Positions 33,075-44,763 of a stretch of 64,000 nt of DNA are shown in pieces; position 1 is the first letter of the stretch, and the number at the start of each line of letters is the position of its first letter. A program made the translations under genes and the position numbers. The DNA is from Psilocybe cubensis (Eukaryota), in NCBI GenBank assembly GCA_017499595.2, contig CM039002.1, forward strand, positions 2,542,001 to 2,606,000, in the 5' to 3' direction. The notes beneath the pieces are model-generated. The model was given only the letters and a program-made list of their open reading frames with translations. It had not been told where the DNA came from and searched no databases.

Positions 33075-35990
33075 ATGTCCATGGAAGAGAGCATTAGCTT
33101 GGAGGAGACGAACAAGATTCGTATCTCCTTGGGTCTCAAGCCACTGACTGACGACAAGGCACCAGAGGACAAGGATAAGCAAGCAGAAGACAACTATGCC
33201 AAGCTGCGCGAAAAGGAGGCGAAGGAGAGAGAAGCAAAGTGAGTAGTGGCTATTATTATCCAAGGCTATCGAAACTCATTGTATTCCATTCGTACACTTG
33301 CAGGAAGATTCAGGATAAAATAGCGAAGTAAGTTTATTTGTCTTTTTAACTTGTTACTATCGCTTCATTGCATTTCCTTCCGGGTTTCTCAGACCCAAAT
33401 ACGAAACGACATAAGAGGACTCCGATGCTCATGTATCTTCCTTCATTAGGGTGCGAAATCGACGAGAACTCAATACAGCACTGAAGGGAGCAACTCTGGG
33501 TGATGCAGAAGAGGGCGTAGACGACACTTTGCAATGGATCAAGAGAAACAAGCGTAAAGAGAAAGAATTGGCCAAAAAGCGTCAGCAGGAGTTCGAGAAC
33601 CGAGACAAGGAAATCCAGCAAGACTATACGGAACGTGAGTTATATCAGTTATGGTGATTGTATTCGCTGTTTGTAACTCTATTTCTCTCAGGCGATCTTG
33701 TCGGTCTGAAGGTCAGCCATGACTTCGACGAAATGGACGAAGGAGAAGCTCGGATTCTTACCCTGAAAGATAGTCGGATTCTCGATAACGAAGGTATGTT
33801 TGCTTTTTTGAAGGCGTCATCAGTGTCACTTATTTTCCATAGAGGACGAGCTTCAAAATGTGGAAATGGCGGAAGAAGAGAGACGGAAACAGCGACAGGA
33901 GCTAAAAATCAAGAAACGGGATTATACAGGGTATGATGACGATGAATTTGGAGAGAACCACCAGGGATTGATGAAACGGTCTATTCTCGCCAAATACGAC
34001 GAAGACATCGAAGGGCCTCGCAGTACAGTAAGTCCACCCTATAATTTTTGTTCATTTTATCTGAAATTTGCGCAGGAATTCCGATTGGGAAGCTCCACAA
34101 TCTCGAATAAAGTCTCTCAAGAAGAGAAGAAGCTCCAGACTGCCGCTGCTTTGAATAAGACTCTATTAAATATCGACTACGCCAGTACGTTAATTTTTTT
34201 GACCGATATGAGTTTGTGTTTGATAAATTTATTACACAGAGAACATATCCACCGCTGATTATCTCCAAGAAGGCGATGTCGGCTTCAAAAAACCCAAGGT
34301 GAGCCAACATGCAGCTACCTTGCCTGATCCACATCCCGATGAATTTTTCGTAGACCAAAAAGAAGCGCCCAAGTCGACGTGTGCCTGCAGACAGCGAATT
34401 AGCCAAGGATTCTATGGATGTTGATGAGCCTGCTGCTCCTATGGTACGAAACCTTGATGCCAATTTTGTCGACGACGACGAACTGCAAGCTGCTTTAGCT
34501 CGTTCCCGAAAGGCCAAACTCCACAAAACTAAAAAGATCTCCCCAGAAGAGTTGGCGAAGAAAAGTGGGTATCTTCTTTTCATACGTTGCCTGTATGTAT
34601 GCTGACACAGCTATGAACAGTTGCTGAGGAACGGGCTAAGGAGGAAGAGGAGGAAAAGCAGCTGAGGATTAAGAATGAGGATCCCGACCACGAAGAGGAG
34701 GGCGGCTTGACATTTGACGAAACATCGGAGTTCGTGCAGGCCGTTGGAAACAACCCCATTGTCAAACCGAAACCCGAACCCAAAGAGGTCAAGATACCCG
34801 CAGCTGCTTCCCAACCTACACGAGTCAAGTCTGAACCACGAGACGTCTCTATGGCCGACGGAGATGTCGCCCTGGATGAGCTGGAGGCCGGAGAAGTTCG
34901 TGTCAAGGATGAAGAGGATGATGACTACGACATGGGCATGTTGGACGATATTGAGAATGCCATCAAGCTAACCGAAGCAGAGGAAGAAGCCGCCGCACTG
35001 AATGGCACCGCTGTACCAGAAGTCGGTACCTCTGGCGAGCAGTCCTTCAGCACCGGAATGGCTTCTACGCTCGCTATTCTCAGGCAGCAAGGAATTCTCG
35101 CCCAGCCTACCGCAGACCAATTGGAGCGAGAGAAAACCCAGAGGCAAAGAGATCTTTGGTTGGCCGATCAACGAAGACGAGTTGCCCAGCGTGAGCTGGA
35201 GCGACTGCAATCGCGTGGGGCAAATAAGGATCAGGCACAGAGAGAATACGAGAACCGGCTTCGGGAGCAGCAGGAGGCCCGAGATAATATGGAGGCCTTC
35301 AAGAATTATAAGCCAGATGTCAATATCGTCTACTATGACGAATTTGGCCGTGCGCTGTCAGCCAAGGAGGCTTGGAAGGCGCTTTCGCACAAATTCCACG
35401 GGAAAGGTTCTGGTAAAATGAAGACGGAGAAACGTTTGAAAAAGATCGCTGAAGAGAAGAAGAAGGAAGCTATGGTCAGCGGTGATACGCCTTTGAGCAT
35501 GAATAGGGCCTTCCAGTTGAGACAGGAAAAAGCCGGGCAAGCCCATTTCGTCCTGTCCGTCGGAAACAGAGGGTAGGTCTTGAAACCTTTCTAGCTGCTG
35601 TTATCAACTAACGATTTTATTTTACTTTTTAGAGCGGTGCCGCAGGCCAGCGAATTTTTGGATGCGCAGCCTCTCGCCAAAGGCAAAACAGAGAAGACCA
35701 AAAAGAAGAAGGAAAGCAAGAACGCGCAGAAAGCGGCGGACTCGGGCTTTATGACAGTTCCTGCTCCTCAAGGCAATATGACATCGAATGGTGTCACGCC
35801 AGCGACTTCTGCTTCAGCATCTCCTGCACCCAGGGCTGGGTTCTCGCGTATATCCTCGGCGGTTGTGGAGGCTCCTTCCCCAGGTGGATCGTCAGTGCCG
35901 TCTGATCGTGTCAAGGTCGCATTTGGCCTTGGGACGAAGAGGAAAGCTGGCGAGGAGGCACAAGGTTCTCCACCTCCCAAGCGGCGTTAA
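33075..35990 (+). CDS. SNU66: U4/U6.U5 tri-snRNP protein Snu66/SART1
   Basis: N-terminal HIND motif SLEETNKIRISLGLKPL; LKVSHD; ILTLKD; C-terminal YKPDVNIVYYDEFGR...KEAWKALSHKFHGKGSGKMKTEKRLKK. Confidence 0.93.
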
Positions 35991-36227
35991 TTATTATACC
36001 CTCTCTGGTTCCTTGTACTTATTTTATGCGTTTAGTGTGTAATATATTCTGAACTTTCCGGGATGCGGAATCAGCTTATCTGTGTGGGTCATTTCCGCAA
36101 TTTTTTCTGCCTTGTTTCACAAGAAAGGCGGATTTCCAAAGTCTTTCAAACTCGACTGAACCACTTTGACTTTGGGTTCGCTTTTTTTCTTCCTTGCTAT
36201 TAAATAATGATACAATGGGAGGCGATG

Positions 36228-37395
36228 TTAGAGGGTATCAACGCTCTTGATATGTAGGTCTTTAGTGACAGCACAGCGACCTTTGTCTGCTTCACTTCCG
36301 CCTGCGAATGCCTTGACCAACGAAGCTTGCCCTTCGTCAATCCTGAACACCTTGTTAGAACGTAGGTTGATAATAGCACGGGAGGAAAATACCATTTGAC
36401 AGGGTGGGCACTTTTGTCAAGAATTACTTTGACAGTCGTCCATGAAAAGCGTACAATCTTTGGAAACCCAAAGACGGGATCCATGGCCGTTTTCAGCCAT
36501 GCTTGTGTGTTAGGATCTAATGTTGTGTTAATTTTTATACCGATGAACTGAAAATGAACGAACCTGACGGGTATCCGGATCCAAGACCAGCTGACATCCA
36601 CGATGGCTCCTCCTTTCCCTCGACCTTTTCTTCAAAATACCATCCTTCGACGCATGCATCTCTTGTCACTTTCGCGGCTACACTGGCCGCGCCCACAATC
36701 TTGAACTTGGAGTCGGCCTTTTGCGTCACTGTGAAGCTGATTTCTGGGAATAATGACGAAAGATATTTCTCGTATGTTGTTGTATTGCCCAGCGCATCTA
36801 CATAGACCTTGTGGTTTGATTAAAACAGTGGTGGCATAGGGGGAAGTCCACAAAGCTTACTTCTGAAAGCACAATGCCTTTGGCTAAGACCTCCCGGATG
36901 AGCAGAATCGTGGCCTCTTCGGACTGTTTGTTGAGGTTCACTGGTGGATGACGAAGCATACCGCTGGATATTGCTTGAGGGCTATACGGAGATGATGAAT
37001 GACAGAATTTCAAAACCGTTTTCAACTCAGAACACACCTAACCACTCGCACAGACCATCCTAGATTTGAAGGATCAGAACTGAGGATGTCAAGCAACCCA
37101 GATCGCGTCGCAGAGTTCAGTGTTTTGGAATCTCGACTGAAAGGTTAGCTGGCCATGAACAGTGGAAACGCAATCGGGGCTGTTTACCTGCGAAACCTAA
37201 CTGCTCCATTTCCTCCTGATACGACACTGGACAATACGCGACTCCGTACACCAAAGGGCCTAGGACCGGCCCTCGTCCTGCTTCGTCCACCCCAAGAATA
37301 TATGGACCAGCAGCTGTGGGCGTCGGCGAATGATATGTGTACGAACTCTTGAGAGGTGTCGATGGTCCAGGTGCCGAAGGTATTTGCTCAGACAT
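36228..37395 (-). CDS. RNH201: Ribonuclease H2 catalytic subunit A
   Basis: Motifs [47 protein letters not shown] and [11 protein letters not shown]. Last exon ends ...SVDTL*. Confidence 0.93.
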
Positions 37396-37429
37396 GTTGG
37401 CGATGTGATAGTGGTAAGGTTCAAAGGGA

Positions 37430-37472
37430 ACGCGTGACGCGTTTAATCTTTGTTGACGCGTTGTTTGCGCGT
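37430..37472. promoter_or_regulatory. Cluster of MCB-like ACGCGT boxes upstream of RNH201
   Basis: ACGCGT at 37430, 37437 and 37456, plus GCGCGT at 37467, 35-80 bp upstream of the ATG. Confidence 0.55.
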
Positions 37473-37586
37473 AATTTGGCAAGTCCCACGGCTGTACTCT
37501 ACTAAACCTAGCAAGGACGCATTTCTACCTCCAAAATTGTACACTAATTATACACAATCTAATCCACGCTCTAATGATACAAAACC

Positions 37587-39305
37587 CTATTCTACCGGTC
37601 CGAAATGTCCAGTTGAAGGCTCATACACCCGCAAGACCAAACCCTCTTCCTTAAATATTCTCAAGCGCTCGATATCCTCCGGAGCCATTTCTAGAGCAAA
37701 ACCGTCCAGCGTGTACATTTTCAAAACCAATCCGAGAGGACGCAAGTCCTTTAATTGGTGGAGTTCCGCTTCACCGTCGTACATCTCTATTACCCGAAGA
37801 GGAACCACTCTTTTCTGCGCACATATCACGCTATTGGGGGAAGTGGGAAATGGTTGGAGGCGAGAACGAACCATTTTCGCGAAGCGTCCTGGCGAGCAGG
37901 AGATACAGTCGTACAGTGCAATTACGGATAGGTGTGGACACAACACCTGCCCGACGCCCGTGTCTGTGAGCCGATCAAGGATGTCGTCTGTAACGGAGTA
38001 CATCCCCGGATTGCTCTGGACGGTAAACTCTTTGAGAGTGCCCTGGACAATCTGAAGACACTCAAGGAGGTCTGACTCCGTCAATGGTGGAAAATATAGG
38101 TTCAGACTTTGGAGAGGACATCGAGAGCGACGGAGGAAATCGGTGACTGCTCTACCCGGCCAATATCGAAGGTTGAGAATGAGTTCATTGAGTTTCGGCG
38201 TCGTGGCCTCTTCGAATATTCTGGATATATTGTAGTCACCGCAAATGATGAAGGAGGTGAGCTCGGGCAGGTGGATTTTAAGATTGGACAAGGTAGGATT
38301 CGACAGGCAGATATTGTGGAACGTGAGATGAGTTATGCGTTCAAGCTTCGACATGATCATCAGACACTGGTCGACATGGACACTGGTGTTGAGTGACAAG
38401 CGAGTCAGGTTTCCCCAATGCATGCGGAGAGGAGAGGGAGGGAAGTGAGCACTGTTATTCCATGAAAATTCCCGCAGCCTGGGCGCAGTCATCAATACGG
38501 AGTTGCACAGTGCTGCAATTTGGAAATCTTCAAGGCCATACGGGGTGATTATCTCAAAGGTCTCCAGAGACGTATAACCGTTGGCGTTGCCGAACTGGAG
38601 AGTGACGGGTTGGGGTATATTGATCCTCAGATGCTGAAAACGATGCCCATATGAAGATATGATCCACATCACGCGCTCGGAGCATATATTGTCGTCCTCC
38701 ACTGACAATGACAGCGGACAGGCTCCTGCTCGGGAAAACCACATGTGAGTGAGAGAAGATGCGTTTCGGCAGTGCACATTGTCGAGAACAAAACAATCGT
38801 TGGCAATTTCTAGTGAGCGCCACAGTAGCGGATTCGCGATACACGCATTTCTCCATGCGCTGCAGACATGGGTAAGAAGCAGTGGAGCTTCGTACGGCGA
38901 TGCACGGATGAATTTATCGCTGGGAAGGCAGTATTCGAATATTTCGGTTAGTATCTCTGGAGGTAGTCGTCGAATTGGAGAGAGCAGAGAGCGCAGGTTG
39001 GCAATGGATTTGGTCGTAGCTTCCTCCGACTTGACGAGAGCCCCAGGTAGTCTACCTGGCTTATCATCCTTCGCCTTGCTTCCTATCCTCTTCCTTCTCC
39101 GCAAAGGCAAACCACAAAATGCTGTTGTAAACTGTTCGCTTCCTGGCACAGGGTCCAGAACAGAGTCAATTTGGATTGTTATGGACTGGAGGCGCTCCTT
39201 GTGGTACTCGAGGGATGAGTTGACTCGAGAGAGCTCATCTTCAGAAAGTCCAATGATGCGCAGCCAAATTCTGGCTTCTTGATCGCTCAAGGGAAGGGTC
39301 GACAT
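37587..39305 (-). CDS. Intronless F-box/LRR-like protein (agaric expanded family)
   Basis: F-box SPIRRLPPEILTEIFEYCLP...APLLLTHVCSAWRNACIANPLLW, followed by leucine-rich repeats (LTRLSL, LPELTSF, PKLNELIL, CPLQSLNL). Confidence 0.88.
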   Translation of the reverse strand: MSTLPLSDQEARIWLRIIGLSEDELSRVNSSLEYHKERLQSITIQIDSVLDPVPGSEQFTTAFCGLPLRRRKRIGSKAKDDKPGRLPGALVKSEEATTKSIANLRSLLSPIRRLPPEILTEIFEYCLPSDKFIRASPYEAPLLLTHVCSAWRNACIANPLLWRSLEIANDCFVLDNVHCRNASSLTHMWFSRAGACPLSLSVEDDNICSERVMWIISSYGHRFQHLRINIPQPVTLQFGNANGYTSLETFEIITPYGLEDFQIAALCNSVLMTAPRLREFSWNNSAHFPPSPLRMHWGNLTRLSLNTSVHVDQCLMIMSKLERITHLTFHNICLSNPTLSNLKIHLPELTSFIICGDYNISRIFEEATTPKLNELILNLRYWPGRAVTDFLRRSRCPLQSLNLYFPPLTESDLLECLQIVQGTLKEFTVQSNPGMYSVTDDILDRLTDTGVGQVLCPHLSVIALYDCISCSPGRFAKMVRSRLQPFPTSPNSVICAQKRVVPLRVIEMYDGEAELHQLKDLRPLGLVLKMYTLDGFALEMAPEDIERLRIFKEEGLVLRVYEPSTGHFGPVE

Positions 39306-42076
39306 CGAAAAACCTGGAAAACAACTATTGAGTATCCTTCATGTCAAATGGCGCCCATGTCATCATGGTGGTTGTGGATCAAAAGTGACATTTTCCGAGT
39401 CACTAGCACTTCGCTTAGGCAGTGCACTCACCATGTGAAGGAAACGTGATCCAGGGGATTCTTGGCCCATCTAGCCCAATAACGGATGAGAAACTAGATA
39501 TTGGGTCGCAGTAAAACAGATTCTGGTTTTCTGGCCGTATTTGTTTCTCATGTTCGCAGTCATGTTCGCTACTGACGTTGGGTTTCCTATGATTTGTTGT
39601 TATGGTCAATGAATGATATCAAGTGGCCTCTCGACATACATTGTCGTTAATTCAAAAATGGGCATGGATGGTCGGAAATAAGTCGAATTTCAGGCTCATC
39701 TGGTATTTATATGATCGGCATGAATGTGTATTCTTCTCGGCGCGATATTAATAAAAAGAAGCCATGGTCTCCCGAGGTCAAGGAGTAACAGCGGAGATGC
39801 TACTGCAGACGCCATGAATTGGCCGGGTAACTCACGCATCTCAGCCATCCGCCATTGCATTTAATATTATGACAGGATTTTCTCTGAGGCCCGAACTACT
39901 GGGCCTCGTACGCCTCGAGAAGGGAGTGCGCACCATGCTGCCAAGTTTTCTTCGACGAGTGCTGTGAACGTCACCGATATAAACACCATCCGGCATCGTA
40001 CGATACCTTTCTCAGCCACAGCCGGCCCCTGCGGAGTGGGATTGAGCTGTGGATCTGTAGAGAGTTTTCCAATGACGACTGCGAGGAGCACCACCTGCAG
40101 TGTATTTTTACCTGTAGGGCGAGTCGGAACCAATTCAAGTTGACGCTCAGACGTATGTATAGTGGTGCAACCAGGAACTTTCACCTCGAGATAAAATTCG
40201 GATATAAAATCCCAGGAGATAGACTTGTTATAGTGTCCGTGTGTGTCAAATTGTGTAAACAGCATCGGTGTTGTTGCGGTTGACATAGAAGTGCCGAGCG
40301 TCGGATCGATCTGGTCAAGTGCCATTTATATCATCGAGAGTTTGCTGTGAATTTTCACCCAGGTTTGTCATAATTCCATTATACACAGTAAGTTTGGCGT
40401 GGATAAAAGAAGCAAACTTGGGACGGACTTGGCGCAGTCGTACACTTGAAGTTGGTGAAATGCGTCTATGAATATTCGCATACTATACCCCTTCAGACGC
40501 GAAAAGTACAATGCTGTCATATGTATTCATGGCCTACGGCCGAAACAGATTTCGAAGTGCTTGAATTACACAGAAGTCGCGAACTGCGATCCTTCGGTGT
40601 ATCACGGGGGAGCCTGTTTCCGGCCTTTGGATATATCGACTTGACCTTGTTCCAAGTCATCGGAATCGAAGCAATACAGGTGCTTTTGATAGAACTACCA
40701 AGGCATGACGTAGTCCAGACTATGCAGGGAGGAAGATCCAAAGAGATGCAGTCCGTATAACTGCAATTGGCAAGTGACACAAACTAGCACAGGAAGATAT
40801 GGGCCACGTATTGAATGTCGGATATACTGTCGAGCCTTGCCAATGACACGACCTTTGTAGTTTTTGGGCTGCATTAAGCTTAGTGTGGTGAAAGGTGACA
40901 TCCCTACTAGCCATAAAACCCGATCCTGTGATTCTTATCTCTTTCTGGTTCTGCATGACCAAGTCAGGTGAAACAACCAAACAAAATGGACGAACGATAA
41001 GTATTAGGATCACTGTAAATTTGGCTTTACAAATGAAAAGATCGATATGAATACCATGCACATGCATCATGATATGAATTCGTGGCAGGTCCAAAGTGAT
41101 TCGGAATAAATGAACTTGAAAAGTCTGAAGTCGAGAATTCGAAATCGCCTGAACTTCCGCCCGCCAGAATGAGATAAGACAGGTTGAGAGTCGACTCATT
41201 GGTACGTCGTGTTGAAAAAGCCAGAAGTTCGGGTTAAAGACATTGTCAGACCCAAGTCAAACCCCAAATTGAAGACGAGTTGTAGGAGCTCCTCATTGTG
41301 GCTCAGTCGTAGGGTTGGTTTAGGGGAGGCCTCGGCAGCCAATAACGCGTGTCGCGTGACTAATCTGTTCGGCAGAAATTCGGCAACACGCGTCGAGACG
41401 CGCCAATTAGGGGTCAAAGAAATAGAAATCCACCTATAAGTTAGGAAGATAAATACTTTCAAGCAGGCTTCGAACCATAAACAACAATTCATAATGCTCA
41501 GAAAGAGAATCTACACATTATTTTTTTTGTTGGACTCTCTCCATATTTCTTGAATATCTCTGGAATCTGTCCATGGAATTCCAAGTTGGTATAGCCTGTC
41601 ATCTAGTATGAGTTCTCTAGAGTTAATATTTCATACGTGTGAATTTTTACTAGATGAATTACTGAACTCAACTCTATATAAAGTTGAAAGCGTAATGATT
41701 TTCGACTTTGAAAGCCATAAAACTTTGTTGGGTATTAGTTGATAATAAAGAATGAGTACTATGATAGTAATATATCCATTTAGGTTCAGCTTATTGAGTG
41801 TACACCTGCTCACATGAAGCCTCTTCCAGAGCCGTCCCTGCCCTCAATATGGGGCGGGACGGGAGGTAATACAGGAATTCAATATTCAATTCCCACGATT
41901 GCGGAAGTAGATGAGTCACGAACGCGCTGAGTCACGACTGGGTCACATCTTGTTGATCGCGCTTTCGCCGGGCACCGAGACTTTGCTTCCGAACTTTCTT
42001 TTGCTTTCTCCTCGATTGTCTTCCCTGGTAGGACAGTAGAGGATCTTATACTATAACTTCTTGACATAGCTACTAA

Positions 42077-44763
42077 ATGGACGCGGATGAATCAAACATA
42101 TTTGAGGATGAAGTCATTGCAGACAGTGAAGAAGAGACGGAGCAAAACGAATTAAGAAATCAAGGTGCGTATACACATATTCTTTTCACAATGACTGTAT
42201 TTACAGTTTTTGGATAGAATATGGGACTTTTCAAAAAGCTTCGTCAATATCAGCATTTACAACGGCAGGGTACCCCCAGCGCGGAACTTTTTCTGCCATC
42301 TCCGCATTTTCAGGCGATGCATCTGTACTGGCCCCAAACGACCCTTCTACGATTGAACCCGGCACTTCGTCGAGAGCAGGGGACAAGGAATCAAACACCT
42401 CTATAATATCGAATGCAGACTCTTTTCTTGATGGATTGTCTGCCACGATCAACATAGCTGATAGAGCCAAGATGCGGCAGCGTTCCCAGAAACAGGCCGT
42501 CTCTGATGTCATAGAGCTCACTTCAGACGAGGACGACGAGTTGATATGGAAGCCTTCGACATCCAAGGAGAAGAAAGCAAAATCCAGCACGAAATCGAAA
42601 AGCAAGAAGAAAGAGGTAGTACCTCAGAAAGCAGGTACATCTACCGACACAGATGCTGTATCTGCTCCGAAGACGAAGCCGCGCCCTCGACCGCGTCCGA
42701 TACCGAAACAGCCAAGGTACGGGGAAGCGGATACGTCGTCGTCATTTGTGCCAGATATTCCTATTGCAACTCCTTCGATGCACACTGCTCAACTTATATC
42801 TTCACTACCTCCATCCGACCCCCCACAACACACCGAACCCGAACCACAATATCCTGGTATCACCACCCTCCAGCCATCCTCTCCAAACTCACTCTTCAAC
42901 GAAGGTGTGTCGATCAGAAACACGGACATGGAAGTAGATGAGCTCGCGTCGGACGTACCCTACCGCAACAATGCAAACTATTTCGATGATGACTACATCT
43001 CGCCGAGGAAGATGCCGCCTCCCCCGACCTTTTTTGCGGGATCGTCTTCGTCTTCCATGGGTGGTGGAAAAGGTGATGAGCCTATAACTTTCCTTGTGCC
43101 TCAACAGGATATCGTGGATTTGACAATGCTACCTCCTACGATCGCCCCTGCTGTTCAGAAGAAAGAGCCCAAACCGAAGAAACCTAAGAAGAAGAAAGAG
43201 GCCGAGCACGATTATGACTATGATTTTGTATCTGCGCCCCTGCCTATTCTCGATGAAGATGATCAGGACGAAGACTTTGATCCCACTGGCGATGGGAATG
43301 CCAAAAAGAAGAAGAAAGGGAAAGGGAAGGAGAAAGGGAAGGAAAAGGAGAAACCTGCCAAGAAGAGTAAAGCGAAATCAAAGGCTTCGGATGACTCTAC
43401 GTCCCCGGGCTCAGGAGGCGCGCAAGTTGAAGTGGTCATTACCTCGAAACCTCCCAAGTCGAAGGGCAAGGGCAAAGCAGCTATAAACGAAGAGGACAAA
43501 GAAATGAGGACGGAGCCTCCCCTGGATGGAGGAAACAAAGAATCTTTCAAAAGCCGGGAATTTATTGAGGACTCTGATGAAGATGATCCTATTCGGCTGG
43601 TTGGATCTGTGCCCAATCCGCCTTCTCCTCTTGTACCCATCACTCCCGCGGGTCCCTCTAGGACGATAGTCAAAGACACTAAATCCCCCACATCTTTAAA
43701 AATCCGTTTACCTGGGACTTCTTCGTCGCGGACGCCTGCTCAGGATCTTGATTCAGATACTGAAATGAAGGAAGCTATACCATCGAAAAGCAAGGGCAAT
43801 AAGAAACGAAAGACAGTCGTCGATTCCGATGAGGAAGAGGATTTCTATGTGGAAGAGAAAGAGACTCCGGCGAAAGAGGCGACGTCGGCCTCCAAGAAGC
43901 GAAAAGTAGATGGATCAGAGAGGAAAGAGAAGTCCAAGTCCAAGTCGAAGAACAAAGGAAAGGGAAAGCAAGTTGTTCTCTCAGATGAAGAGAAAGATAT
44001 GATGCTTGCAGAGGAGCTGGAAAAGCCGATAGAGCAAAAGAAATCAAAGGAGGGAAGCCCTGGAAAGGATACAGTGGATGATGAAGAAGCAAACCCATTC
44101 CAAGATAACCACTCAAACGATTCACCCCCTCTGAAATCCACTCCTGAAGAAGTTGTTAAAGGAGGCAAGGTAAATACCACTTTTCTGCTTGTTTATCTCT
44201 GACAAGTTGTAATCTAATCTATACTTCAGGAAAATACCGCGCCCTCTACATCTAGACCCCAACCACAATCTGCGTTCGTCACACCGAGACCATCCAGACC
44301 TATACCCGTGAACCGCGACGGTACTACACCTCTATATGCACGATATGAAATAGCACCGCGCCGGAGCAGCCTCCCCATGTCCGAGCTCATTCGGCGAGCG
44401 AACTCGATGCCCGGCTCGCCCTTCCCGACGCCGCACCCGACCTCGGCGTCCGCGTCCAAACTGAAGCCGCTCATCGCGCGCACGCCGACCTCCACCGCGT
44501 ACTCGCCGTACCTCAAGTCCTCCCGCAGCCTATTGTCCAAGATCGCGCCACTGCACCCGAACAGGCGTACCCCGCCCCCGCCCCCACCCCCGCCGCCCCC
44601 GAGGAAGAAGAGCAAGAAGGAGATTGAGATGGAGGAGAAGTGGGAGGAGGAAATGATTGAGGAGCTGGGTGGTATGGAGGAGTGGGCGGCGCTGACGGAT
44701 GCGGAGAGGAGAGAAATGCGTAAAGTGAAGTGGGCGAGGGAGCAGGGTGGGTGGGATGAGTGA
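42077..44763 (+). CDS. Large low-complexity Lys/Glu/Ser/Pro-rich, probably nuclear protein with a structured-looking C-terminal motif
   Basis: Exon 1 MDADESNIFEDEVIADSEEE..., a long central exon with many basic NLS-like runs, and a last exon ending LSKIAPLHPNRRTPPPP...EEKWEEEM...WAREQGGWDE*. Confidence 0.75.

Noticed and set aside
39867-41492. Several 70-160 aa minus-strand ORFs upstream of the F-box gene
   Set aside because: No domain signature or convincing splice pattern.
41832-41862. GC-rich imperfect hairpin beside an AT-rich tract, suggestive of a Helitron 3' end
   Set aside because: No correctly spaced CTRR terminus or matching 5' end was found.
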